A DNA stretch of 64,000 bases from Cyanobacteriota bacterium (GTDB taxonomy: Bacteria; Cyanobacteriota; Cyanobacteriia; Thermostichales; Thermostichaceae). The DNA lies in assembly GCA_033764955.1 (NCBI GenBank), contig JANRIL010000011.1:64001-128000 (forward strand). Reading direction: 5' to 3'. A program made the position numbers and the translations under genes. This document shows, piece by piece, positions 19,728 through 27,218 of this stretch. The notes beneath the pieces are model-generated. The model ran no database searches, had not been told where the DNA came from, and saw only the letters and a program-made list of their open reading frames with translations. Numbering within the stretch: position 1 is the stretch's first letter; the number at the start of each line of letters is the position of its first letter.

Positions 19728-20150
19728 TTAGATAGCTCGATTGAACCGGGCAGCACTGCGTTCTGCATTCAACGCCAAGAGGCTTTCGAGGTCATGCTGG
19801 TAGTGCTTGTGGGCAAATTCCACCAATTCTTCCAGACTGGCTTTGATGAATCCTCGGTCGAATTCGTCTTTGAACTGTTCCCAGGCTTCTGCATAGAGCT
19901 GTTTGATGGCTGCCGGGTCATATTCCGGGCGGCTGTAGGATCCATCTTTTAGGCGGACAGGAGGGGCAATGGGATCCAAGGTGCCATCATCTACTGCATC
20001 TTTGAAAATGCGTCCTTTGGACTCTTCCCAGACTAGGGACCGCAGGGTGTAGAAGACGGCTTGCTGTTTGCGAAAGGTTGATTGTTCGTCACGTTCACGG
20101 GTGGTGAGAGGGCGGAACTTGCTAGAGAGGGCTGACTTTTCAATGGACAT
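19728..20150 (-). CDS. Hypothetical protein
   Basis: MSIEKSALSSKFRPL..., 140 aa, GGAG RBS. The upstream extension in the ORF track crosses repeat DNA. Confidence 0.75.
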   Translation of the reverse strand: MSIEKSALSSKFRPLTTRERDEQSTFRKQQAVFYTLRSLVWEESKGRIFKDAVDDGTLDPIAPPVRLKDGSYSRPEYDPAAIKQLYAEAWEQFKDEFDRGFIKASLEELVEFAHKHYQHDLESLLALNAERSAARFNRAI

Positions 20151-20584
20151 AGGACAAACTCCAAAATCGATAACCCCGTGCCAGGGAGCAAGGCCAGAAG
20201 ACGGAAAGGGGCGACGGCAACCGTAGGGCTTGTTCGCGCCAGCGTGCCCAAGGCGCAAGTTTTTCCGACCTGCCTTTTTAGGAAAAAGTTTTGACGGCGT
20301 ACATTTCACCCCTTGGAGTCTGAGTCGCCGCAGATCCTACGCTCAGGGGTCGATTTCTGGGGTGTCTGTTTGTCCACGAAGTTTGCCATAAGCAGGGGTT
20401 CGCTTTACTGCTGAACTGGATGAACGGATTTTCATTGGGGAGTGGAATGGCGGCGCGGTGGTGGGTGGGTCAAGCCGCTTCATCATTAGGGATCCCTAAA
20501 AGTCAATAGGTTCTAGGGATCCCCTAAAACAAAGGGATCCCTCAAAACAACGAGATAGTGCTACGCACACACAAGGTCAGTTCC

Positions 20585-20746
20585 TCAAAATGGCCAGTCA
20601 AAAGGTAGGGATCCCCATTCTTCCATCTCCCATAATTCCCGCTCTGCTTCACGGAGTTTTTCTCGCTGGTCAATTTCTAAATCGAGGGATCCCCATTCGG
20701 CTTGAGCCACGAGGAAATCAACCATTGGGTCGCCACTTCTGTACAT
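20585..20746 (-). CDS. 53-aa acidic hypothetical protein (not in the ORF track)
   Basis: MYRSGDPMVDFLVAQAEWGSLDLEIDQREKLREAERELWEMEEWGSLPFDWPF, following the leader repeat at 20774. Confidence 0.55.
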   Translation of the reverse strand: MYRSGDPMVDFLVAQAEWGSLDLEIDQREKLREAERELWEMEEWGSLPFDWPF

Positions 20747-20762
20747 AATCAACACTCATCAA

Positions 20763-21095
20763 CTACACCCGCTCCGTAGGACTGTTGACACTTGCCAAGA
20801 TTTGCTCTTGTTGCCGTTGAATAACTTTTAGGGAGGAGACTCTATGGCAGATTGCAGTTTTTATATCTTCCATTTGGTCAAGTAAGTAGCCGTATGCTTC
20901 ACCAGCACCATTTTCAGGTAGAGCATCAAAGGCAGCGCGTAATGAGAAGTAGACCTTGAGTTTGTTTTTCAGCCATTGCGCTTGAGATTCTAGTTCTGCT
21001 AGTTGGATAGAATCGGGATTTCTGGCGTTCATTAACTCCAGGATTCGTTGCTCTAATTCGGTCAAATCAGAACTTAATTTCTGTAAGGCGGTCAT
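20763..21095 (-). CDS. Coiled-coil hypothetical protein
   Basis: 110 aa with a heptad pattern; GGAG RBS in the leader repeat at 21124. Confidence 0.7.
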   Translation of the reverse strand: MTALQKLSSDLTELEQRILELMNARNPDSIQLAELESQAQWLKNKLKVYFSLRAAFDALPENGAGEAYGYLLDQMEDIKTAICHRVSSLKVIQRQQEQILASVNSPTERV

Positions 21096-21200
21096 CGTTA
21101 AGTCTCCACATTTTCACTCCTTTCCGTAGGACTATTTGGTTTGGGTTTATTTGTTGCGTGGGATAGGGATCCCTTGACTCTGTGACGGTGGACAGGGAAC

Positions 21201-21244
21201 TGATATGGATTTGATATGGATTTAATACGGAACTAATACGGATT
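21201..21244. repeat. Four tandem 11-bp repeats (operator/iteron-like)
   Basis: TGATATGGATT TGATATGGATT TAATACGGAAC TAATACGGATT in the divergent intergenic region. Confidence 0.75.
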
Positions 21245-21346
21245 ATCGATTATGCCTTTGGCACGCTTGCGCGAACACTTGCCTAGTCATGTGCCCAGGT
21301 CTTCAAAGGACTCTGTGATACGGTCGGAATAGGGGGGATGTGAAGT

Positions 21347-21520
21347 ATGGACAAAGGCAAGATCAAGCAACTGCGCCTCTCTCTGGGGATGACTCAGGAA
21401 CAATTTGCGGCGGCTTTGGGGTGTACTACATCCACCGTTGTGCGCTGGGAAAGTGGCAAATCTTCTCCCTCCCCGTTGGCGCAACAATCCATGTTCAAAC
21501 TGGCTCCTGCGTTTGCCTAG
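21347..21520 (+). CDS. XRE-family HTH regulator (not in the ORF track)
   Basis: MDKGKIKQLRLSLGMTQEQFAAALGCTTSTVVRWESGKSSPS is a classic XRE pattern; 57 aa. Confidence 0.9.
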   Translation: MDKGKIKQLRLSLGMTQEQFAAALGCTTSTVVRWESGKSSPSPLAQQSMFKLAPAFA

Positions 21521-21586
21521 TCATCTGCTCTGGAGAACTGAATTCACCCTGAATATCGTGGTCATAAATGGACTTAGGGATCCGAT

Positions 21587-22297
21587 ATGGCACGAAATAA
21601 AGGGATTATTCAACTGCAAGGAACGGTAGGGGGTTTGACCTTCAAACGGGATGGCACGATTAGTCAGGCGGTGGGATCCCGTCCGGTGACGGCGGAACGA
21701 ACGAAGGAAAATAACACTGAATTTGCCATTGCTGCCAAGCAAGCCAAGGTGATCCGGGATGCCTTGCGGGGCTTAGATGTAGGCGACCGCTTTCTGGCAG
21801 GGCGGATGGTGAAGGTGGTGCGCTCTGGGGTGGCGTTGGATCCCGATAATGAGCGGGGTAAACGGATCTTGTCGAATAACGAGGCGCGGCAGGTGTTGCC
21901 TAAGTTTGAGTTGAACGGCAATGCCAATCTGACTTCGGTGGCTCCGCTGGCGTGGGTAGTGGCAGGAGATGCGCTGACGATTACCAAGATGGGGGGCGGG
22001 GTGCTGACTCCTCGGGATATTTATGCTCCAGCGGGGACTACGGATATCTCGGTGATGGCGTTGGTGGCGACTGTGAATTTGGATCCTGATGTGTTGAGCG
22101 TGGTGGAGGCGGGAATGACGGCGTTTCCGGTGGTGGGAAATCCGGGTGCGGCTGAGTGGAGTGTGCCGTTGCCGGAAGATCCAAACTTGCTGACTTTGGG
22201 GGCAGTGGGGGTGAAGTTCTTTCAGCGTGTCAACGGCGAGTTGTATTCGCTGCGGAATGGATCCTATGACGTGGCTCAGATTGTGGTGGTGCGGTAA
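21587..22297 (+). CDS. Hypothetical protein, possible virion structural protein
   Basis: 236 aa with a basic helical N-half and a beta-rich C-half, heading an operon with membrane proteins and a lysin. The function is an inference. Confidence 0.75.
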   Translation: MARNKGIIQLQGTVGGLTFKRDGTISQAVGSRPVTAERTKENNTEFAIAAKQAKVIRDALRGLDVGDRFLAGRMVKVVRSGVALDPDNERGKRILSNNEARQVLPKFELNGNANLTSVAPLAWVVAGDALTITKMGGGVLTPRDIYAPAGTTDISVMALVATVNLDPDVLSVVEAGMTAFPVVGNPGAAEWSVPLPEDPNLLTLGAVGVKFFQRVNGELYSLRNGSYDVAQIVVVR

Positions 22298-22309
22298 GCC
22301 GGGGGTCAC

Positions 22310-22579
22310 ATGGAGAGTGCATTTCAAACGGTGAAGGGTTGGCTGACGGATGGCAAGGTGTTCCAGGGTCTCATGGTGGCGGGGCTTATTAAGCTGGTCA
22401 GCTTGGGCTTTGGTTTGCAGGAACAGGCTTTGCAAACGCAGCATCAGTTGACGGTTATTTCCGATGATCTGGTGGTGTTGAAAGGGGATGTGGATCAACT
22501 GAACCGGGTTTCAGCGGCTAATCAGGTTCACACCCAGTATTTTCTGGCACGGCTGGACAAGTTGGAGAAAAAGCAGTGA
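22310..22579 (+). CDS. Small membrane protein with a coiled coil
   Basis: One hydrophobic segment followed by heptads; overlaps the next gene (GTGA). Confidence 0.7.
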   Translation: MESAFQTVKGWLTDGKVFQGLMVAGLIKLVSLGFGLQEQALQTQHQLTVISDDLVVLKGDVDQLNRVSAANQVHTQYFLARLDKLEKKQ

Positions 22580-22764
22580 ATCATGGGGTGCTTTGTCTAA
22601 TTGTGATCATCTTTGCGGCGGGATCCCTGGGTTTGGCGGCGGTGGATCCCGAGTATCGTCCTCGGTTTGCGGATTTGGCGCAGATGGGGCTGAGTGGGTT
22701 CTTGGGGTATTTGGTGCCGTCGCCACTGGCTAAGAAAAAGGATGAGAAAGGAGTGGGGGAATGA
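22576..22764 (+). CDS. Holin-like small membrane protein
   Basis: 62 aa with two hydrophobic segments and a charged tail (KKKDEK), immediately upstream of a peptidase. Confidence 0.55.
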   Translation: MNHGVLCLIVIIFAAGSLGLAAVDPEYRPRFADLAQMGLSGFLGYLVPSPLAKKKDEKGVGE

Positions 22765-23210
22765 ATAGTGTGCAGGTCAGCGTGGCGGAGCCAGATTGGA
22801 ATAATCCGGCGGCTCGATTATCGACGTATTTCCGGGTGGGGGAGATGACTTTGGGGGATCCCAGACGGATTCCACTGGATCCGGTGGTGAAGGCACGGAT
22901 CGTGAGGTTTGCCCAGGAGTTGAATAAGGTACGAGCGGCGTGGGGGAGTGGGTTGGGGGTGACGAGTTGGTATCGCCCTTACTTGGTGAATCTGGCGGTG
23001 GGGGGTGTCCCTAACAGTCAGCATGTGTTGGGCTGGGCGGCGGATGTCTATCCGGTCAATGGCAAGATCTCAGAGTTTCAGACCTGGATTGACCTGCGAT
23101 GGTCGGGGGGGTTGGGCTATGGGGCGCAGAAGGGTTTTGTGCATCTGGATGCGCGGGATGGGTTTCCCTGTTTTGGGGATAGGAAGAGGGGTGTACGTTG
23201 GATTTATTGA
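22761..23210 (+). CDS. Peptidase M15A family (D-Ala-D-Ala carboxypeptidase/endolysin-like)
   Basis: VTSWYR..N..VGG..NSQH..G.AAD...FVHLD is the M15 Zn motif. Confidence 0.88.
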   Translation: MNSVQVSVAEPDWNNPAARLSTYFRVGEMTLGDPRRIPLDPVVKARIVRFAQELNKVRAAWGSGLGVTSWYRPYLVNLAVGGVPNSQHVLGWAADVYPVNGKISEFQTWIDLRWSGGLGYGAQKGFVHLDARDGFPCFGDRKRGVRWIY

Positions 23211-23335
23211 TGGGGTAGAGGGATCCCTGACCTGCTCTTACCTCTAAATCCAGATAACGCCGCGCTCTGCGGCAAATTTGGAGTGCAGCGGAAAAATTGT
23301 CCGGCAGCAGCGCTTTGTTAAGCATGCCAAGCTCA

Positions 23336-24286
23336 CTAGTAACTTTTAATTTTCGGTGTTGCAAAGTTCGAAAATCCTGAGAAATCCGGGTAGATCGTTG
23401 AATGCCTGTAACCAAAGAGCTTATCTAGTCTTCGGCGAATATCCTCTTTTGCTTGCGCTTTAATTCTGAACGTATACAGGGCACCAGATCCAGCGCTTTT
23501 TCCCTTAACTGGTTAAAACACATGAGGTCTTGCTGCTATGCAGCACGCTTTTCTCCCTTCTTCAATCGTCCACCAACCGTCTTTATAGTTGGGAGACTTC
23601 GGAAATTGGAATTTCTTATTATCGGGCTTATTTGACGCAGGCACACCACCAAATAAGAAGCCCCCATTTTGGGCTGCGATTCGTGCGTCTAAATTGGAGG
23701 GTTTCCAAGCAAAAACCGACGTAGTCCATGCCTTCTTATCTATTCCATCTTCTCCGCCAGACTTCCATGGTTTGCTAAAATCGTCTTCCCATAAACGAAA
23801 AATATCATTCTCGTTAATTAGCCGATCGGTCACGTCAAATGCGAATAGTCTTGCGTCCTTATCTTCGTGAACTCGAACTCCGTTGTTCCATTTTTCTTCA
23901 ACCGCAAACCATACACCCACCCAAGCATTGAAAGTGATATCTATTAAGCGTGTAGGCGCACCATAATGTTGAAGCATTGCAAGCTGATTTAGTATAGAAA
24001 GCCGTCCCGTCTGGGAGGATGAGTGCAGCCCCCATCGGTGCAACTCAGCGAGAATATCTTTCTCTTCTTTCGCAATGTCATCTTCAGTAAGAACCTTACC
24101 TTTTGTAAGATTCATCCTTCGATACAAAGAACTATGAAGCGCCCAACTTGCGTCAATCTGACCTCGCCAAGCAAACTTAATATTCTTGCTTACGGCCTTT
24201 TCCATAACTTGGTTGATGACTGTAAGCAATCCATTAAAGTCGGCAATCTCTTTTTCAAAGGGCTTCCAGAAATCTTCAGCACTCAA
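23336..24286 (-). pseudogene. FRG-domain protein with an in-frame premature stop at 23513-23515
   Basis: WRGQ, LHSSLYR, LQHYGAPTRLID and RIAAQNGGF. After TAA the frame continues PVKGK...LDKLFGYRHSTIYPDFSG to a TAG at 23336. Confidence 0.8.
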
Positions 24287-24609
24287 AATATGCTTCCTTT
24301 TCGCTTAATCCGTGATTAAACTGCAGTGGGAGGTCTCCATGCGGATCTATCACTCAAATTGTAATGATAAACGGCATAAAAACCCAAGTTCTATTTGAAT
24401 GCTAGAATTGTATCTGAAAAGGACTATCAGGTCAAATTATATTAAGTTCCAAGAAGCTCACAGAGGGCTATGGATAATATGCGTATTGTTTGGATAATCG
24501 GCATAATCCATGAGCAACTTCCCAGCGGTGAACCCCAGGTTCGACAAAGTAAAGTACCCTTCCCACCACACCAAAATCCTGCGAGGGGATCATCCCGTAA
24601 ATTAGCGGA

Positions 24610-24708
24610 AAGGGTTTGTTCATCTGGATGCGTGTGCTGGGATCCCGTGTTTTAGGGAATAGGTAGTGCGGAACCCGGGGGATTTGTTGAGGGGGATAGA
24701 GGGATCCC
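24610..24708 (+). repeat. Degenerate direct copy of 23130-23227 (3' end of the M15 peptidase gene)
   Basis: AAGGGTTTG..CATCTGGATGCG...TGTTTT.GG..ATAGG...GGATTT.TTGA.GGGG.TAGAGGGATCCC is shared by both sites. Confidence 0.75.
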
Positions 24709-24844
24709 ATGTGGTCATTGGCTCCAGGCTTTTGCTTAAGATATCTCAGAGATTGAAGCCGATTTATCCCCAACACCTATTCACATAAATTTTGCTTCTT
24801 AGTATCTAGTAACTTGGTGTAAGTAGTTTCCTCAAATTTACTAT

Positions 24845-25285
24845 CTATACTAGATTCTTTACAGAAGCATTAGAGATCATGCACAACTCATTTGCCACCT
24901 GGACTCTATGACAGCGGCTTGGATCCAATTCGGCGCAAAGTAAAACTACATTATCAGTTTCGACAATTTTTGAGATTTCCCTCAGGATTAAATCTGCATT
25001 TTTAAGATCAGGTGGAACCCATTTATTGGTTTTAGTAGTATTTCCTAAAGCAGTTGCTGAAATATACTTTACACCAATTGATTTGCAAAAATTTTCTACT
25101 TCATCTCGATACCATATTCTGCTCCAAGCTTTGGGAGAAAGTCTCACATCAATTAGGTATTTAAGATCATATTGCAAGAAATAGCTTCCTAATTGAGAAT
25201 AGGAAGTTCGGTTGCCGTAACCGAAAGTAAAAATTACTTTTTGACTTAGTAGATCATCATCCATCTTTTTTCCTAATTGACTCAC
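24845..25285 (-). CDS. DUF488-family protein
   Basis: IFTFGYG, LIDVRLSP and LLCAE.DP..CHR. Confidence 0.85.
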   Translation of the reverse strand: MSQLGKKMDDDLLSQKVIFTFGYGNRTSYSQLGSYFLQYDLKYLIDVRLSPKAWSRIWYRDEVENFCKSIGVKYISATALGNTTKTNKWVPPDLKNADLILREISKIVETDNVVLLCAELDPSRCHRVQVANELCMISNASVKNLV

Positions 25286-26055
25286 CCTAAAGGTGGGTAG
25301 AACAGTCCAATAATCATAAAAGTGTTTTTATGATTCTTAAGATTCCCTACTATAAAGTGTAACTCCTTTTTGTACATAAACTCATTCTCTAGTTTTAGTC
25401 GGACTTTCTCGAGAGCTTCAGATTCCTTTCCAAGGATATCTTTAGCTTGTGATTTCAAACGACAATTTCTATACAATTGCATAATCTCCCAATCGCTTAT
25501 TGTGAAATTGTGAAGCGTATTGTCTGTTTCGAGAAATCGATAGCCAAACTGATAAGGTATTTTCTCCAAATTCGAAGAAGGCTCAAACATATCCATTTGA
25601 TCAAGTATAGCTTCTTGCCTTGGACTCCACTCCCTGCTAGTTTCTTTGTGAAAGTATTTAAGAATTTGTTTTGGCTTTATCATCCCTAAAGATTTATTTA
25701 AGGACTTTATTTCACACAAAGTTTGAGATTCAAGAGGATATAACAGGGATTTTCTCTCTGCCCAACTATTTTTAGTGTCAATTTTTCTTATGACCCTTAT
25801 CGACTGATCGTCGATCCGATAACTTTCGACTCTGTAATCCTTGTCGTTCCGCTCGATGTCTGCTTCAATAATTGACCATCGTGGATATTGCTGATCAATA
25901 CTAAGGTCGCGGAATCGGATTGGATAAATGCGGATCCATTCTATTGGCTGATCGTTATTATCAAGGAGAACTCCAGCAGTGCAGACAGTCTCTTTATATT
26001 TTCTGCTTATAGATGGATAGGTTTTTGTTGCAATCAGTATTCTCTTCCTTTCCAT
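25282..26055 (-). CDS. Hypothetical protein of the type usually found next to DUF488
   Basis: KTYP..S.KY.ETVCTAG...WIRIYP.RFR...FMIIGLFYPP; AT-rich and overlapping DUF488. Confidence 0.8.
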   Translation of the reverse strand: MERKRILIATKTYPSISRKYKETVCTAGVLLDNNDQPIEWIRIYPIRFRDLSIDQQYPRWSIIEADIERNDKDYRVESYRIDDQSIRVIRKIDTKNSWAERKSLLYPLESQTLCEIKSLNKSLGMIKPKQILKYFHKETSREWSPRQEAILDQMDMFEPSSNLEKIPYQFGYRFLETDNTLHNFTISDWEIMQLYRNCRLKSQAKDILGKESEALEKVRLKLENEFMYKKELHFIVGNLKNHKNTFMIIGLFYPPLG

Positions 26056-26150
26056 GATTTCATTATTGCCCTATAGATTAACGTTGACTCTGTTTAAAGA
26101 ATTATCACCTCACATGGGAGTTTTGGCGAATTTGCTTAAAATTCGCTGCA

Positions 26151-26804
26151 TTAGTGCGCCCGAAACGACCACAGCACTCGCCCGACTACCGCAAAATCCT
26201 CGGGTGGGTTCCGTAAATCAATCTGAAATGGTTCATAGGCAGGATTATCACTCATCACCCGCAATTGCCGCCCTGGCAGTAGATGCAACCGCTTCACCAA
26301 CAGCGTCTCATCCAACCGCAGCACACTAATCCCTTCCACCACCTCACGCGGCTTCGTATCCACCAAAATCAGATCCCCAGAACGCAACGTCGGTTCCATC
26401 GATTCCCCCCGCACCGAGATCAGATTCAACCCCTCAGGACTGGTGTGGCAGTGCAACCGGATCCACCCCTCACTAAAGGCAATCACCTCTTCCGGATCAA
26501 CCTCTTCCACAAACGTGCCCAACCCTGCCCCGGCACTGATGTCATAAATCGGGATCCGTACCAACCGATCTTCTGACGGTGGCTGAGGCATCTTGCGAAA
26601 CATCGGACCCTCACCACTCACCAACCAATCCACACTCACCCCCGAACAGCGGGAAATCAACGCCAACCGATCCGCCGTCGGCTGGGATCCCGACATATAT
26701 TTGCGGAGCGTACTATCCGGCAAGCCACAGCGATTGGCGAAATGAAAGACCGTTTCTTCACCCAACAGCAAGCGCAGACGGTCTTGGATGGTTTGTTTGG
26801 ACAT
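26151..26804 (-). CDS. CI/LexA-like repressor (HTH plus S24 peptidase)
   Basis: HTH FANRCGLPDSTLRKY; AGAG cleavage region; VRGESMEP (Ser) and LVKRL (Lys). Confidence 0.92.
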   Translation of the reverse strand: MSKQTIQDRLRLLLGEETVFHFANRCGLPDSTLRKYMSGSQPTADRLALISRCSGVSVDWLVSGEGPMFRKMPQPPSEDRLVRIPIYDISAGAGLGTFVEEVDPEEVIAFSEGWIRLHCHTSPEGLNLISVRGESMEPTLRSGDLILVDTKPREVVEGISVLRLDETLLVKRLHLLPGRQLRVMSDNPAYEPFQIDLRNPPEDFAVVGRVLWSFRAH

Positions 26805-26881
26805 GGCATAGCCCCAAGCACTATTGACACTGTATCAGAAGAGGGGAGTAAACTCTTATGATAGTGAGAGCAATATTACCA

Positions 26882-26897
26882 GTTTTACTAGTAAAAC
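26882..26897. promoter_or_regulatory. Perfect 16-bp palindromic operator GTTTTACTAGTAAAAC (second copy at 27194-27209)
   Basis: An identical palindrome lies between the repressor and Ner, and again upstream of the primase. Confidence 0.75.
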
Positions 26898-26959
26898 GCT
26901 AGATGTCAAGGTGTTCTCTCTGTAAAACTTACCTAATCTGATGACAAGGAGCGAAACCG

Positions 26960-27175
26960 TTGAATCGAGAGGATATCAAGGCTGTGTTGCGGAAGCAGGG
27001 ATATACCCTGTCCCATGCGGCAAGAGAGCTAGGAGTCAGTAAGCAGGCGTTGACTATGGTTCTGTCTGGCAAGCGTTCATCACGGATTGAGGCATGGATT
27101 GCCGAGCAGTTGGCGATGCGACCAGAAGAGGTGTGGCCGGAACGATACTCACAGGATGAAGCAGGTGAATCTTGA
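26960..27175 (+). CDS. Ner/Nlp-like (Cro-equivalent) HTH regulator
   Basis: EDIKAVLRKQG.TL...E..IAE.L...PEEVWPERY is the Ner signature; divergent from the repressor. Confidence 0.88.
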   Translation: MNREDIKAVLRKQGYTLSHAARELGVSKQALTMVLSGKRSSRIEAWIAEQLAMRPEEVWPERYSQDEAGES

Positions 27176-27218
27176 GAGCATTCACACTATCTGGTTTTAC
27201 TAGTAAAACGGAACGGCT

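Larger units (their letters stand above)
16347..21133 (-). repeat. Family of 9 conserved gene-leader repeats WGTCCTACGG-N3-KKGTG-(N6-8)-GGAG/GAGG-N5-9-ATG
   Basis: Core on the + strand (CCGTAGGACW or a variant) at 16347, 17221, 17693, 18057, 18447, 18656, 18870, 20774 and 21124, each directly upstream of a small gene. Confidence 0.9.

Noticed and set aside
20505..20545. Cluster of GGGATCCC palindromes as a special site
   Set aside because: GGGATCCC is the host's highly iterated palindrome and occurs throughout the window.
16347..21133. CRISPR array or integron attC interpretation of the leader repeats
   Set aside because: The repeats are short, degenerate and separated by whole genes of variable length. 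They show no GTTRRRY/RYYYAAC palindromic structure, and no cas or intI gene is in the window.
21773..22498. 241-aa His-rich minus-strand ORF
   Set aside because: Antisense shadow of the G/T-skewed plus-strand genes; the His richness comes from reversed GTG codons.
24468..24776. ORFs at 24468-24776 and 24470-24655
   Set aside because: They span the decayed duplicate of the lysin 3' end and have no recognisable domain.
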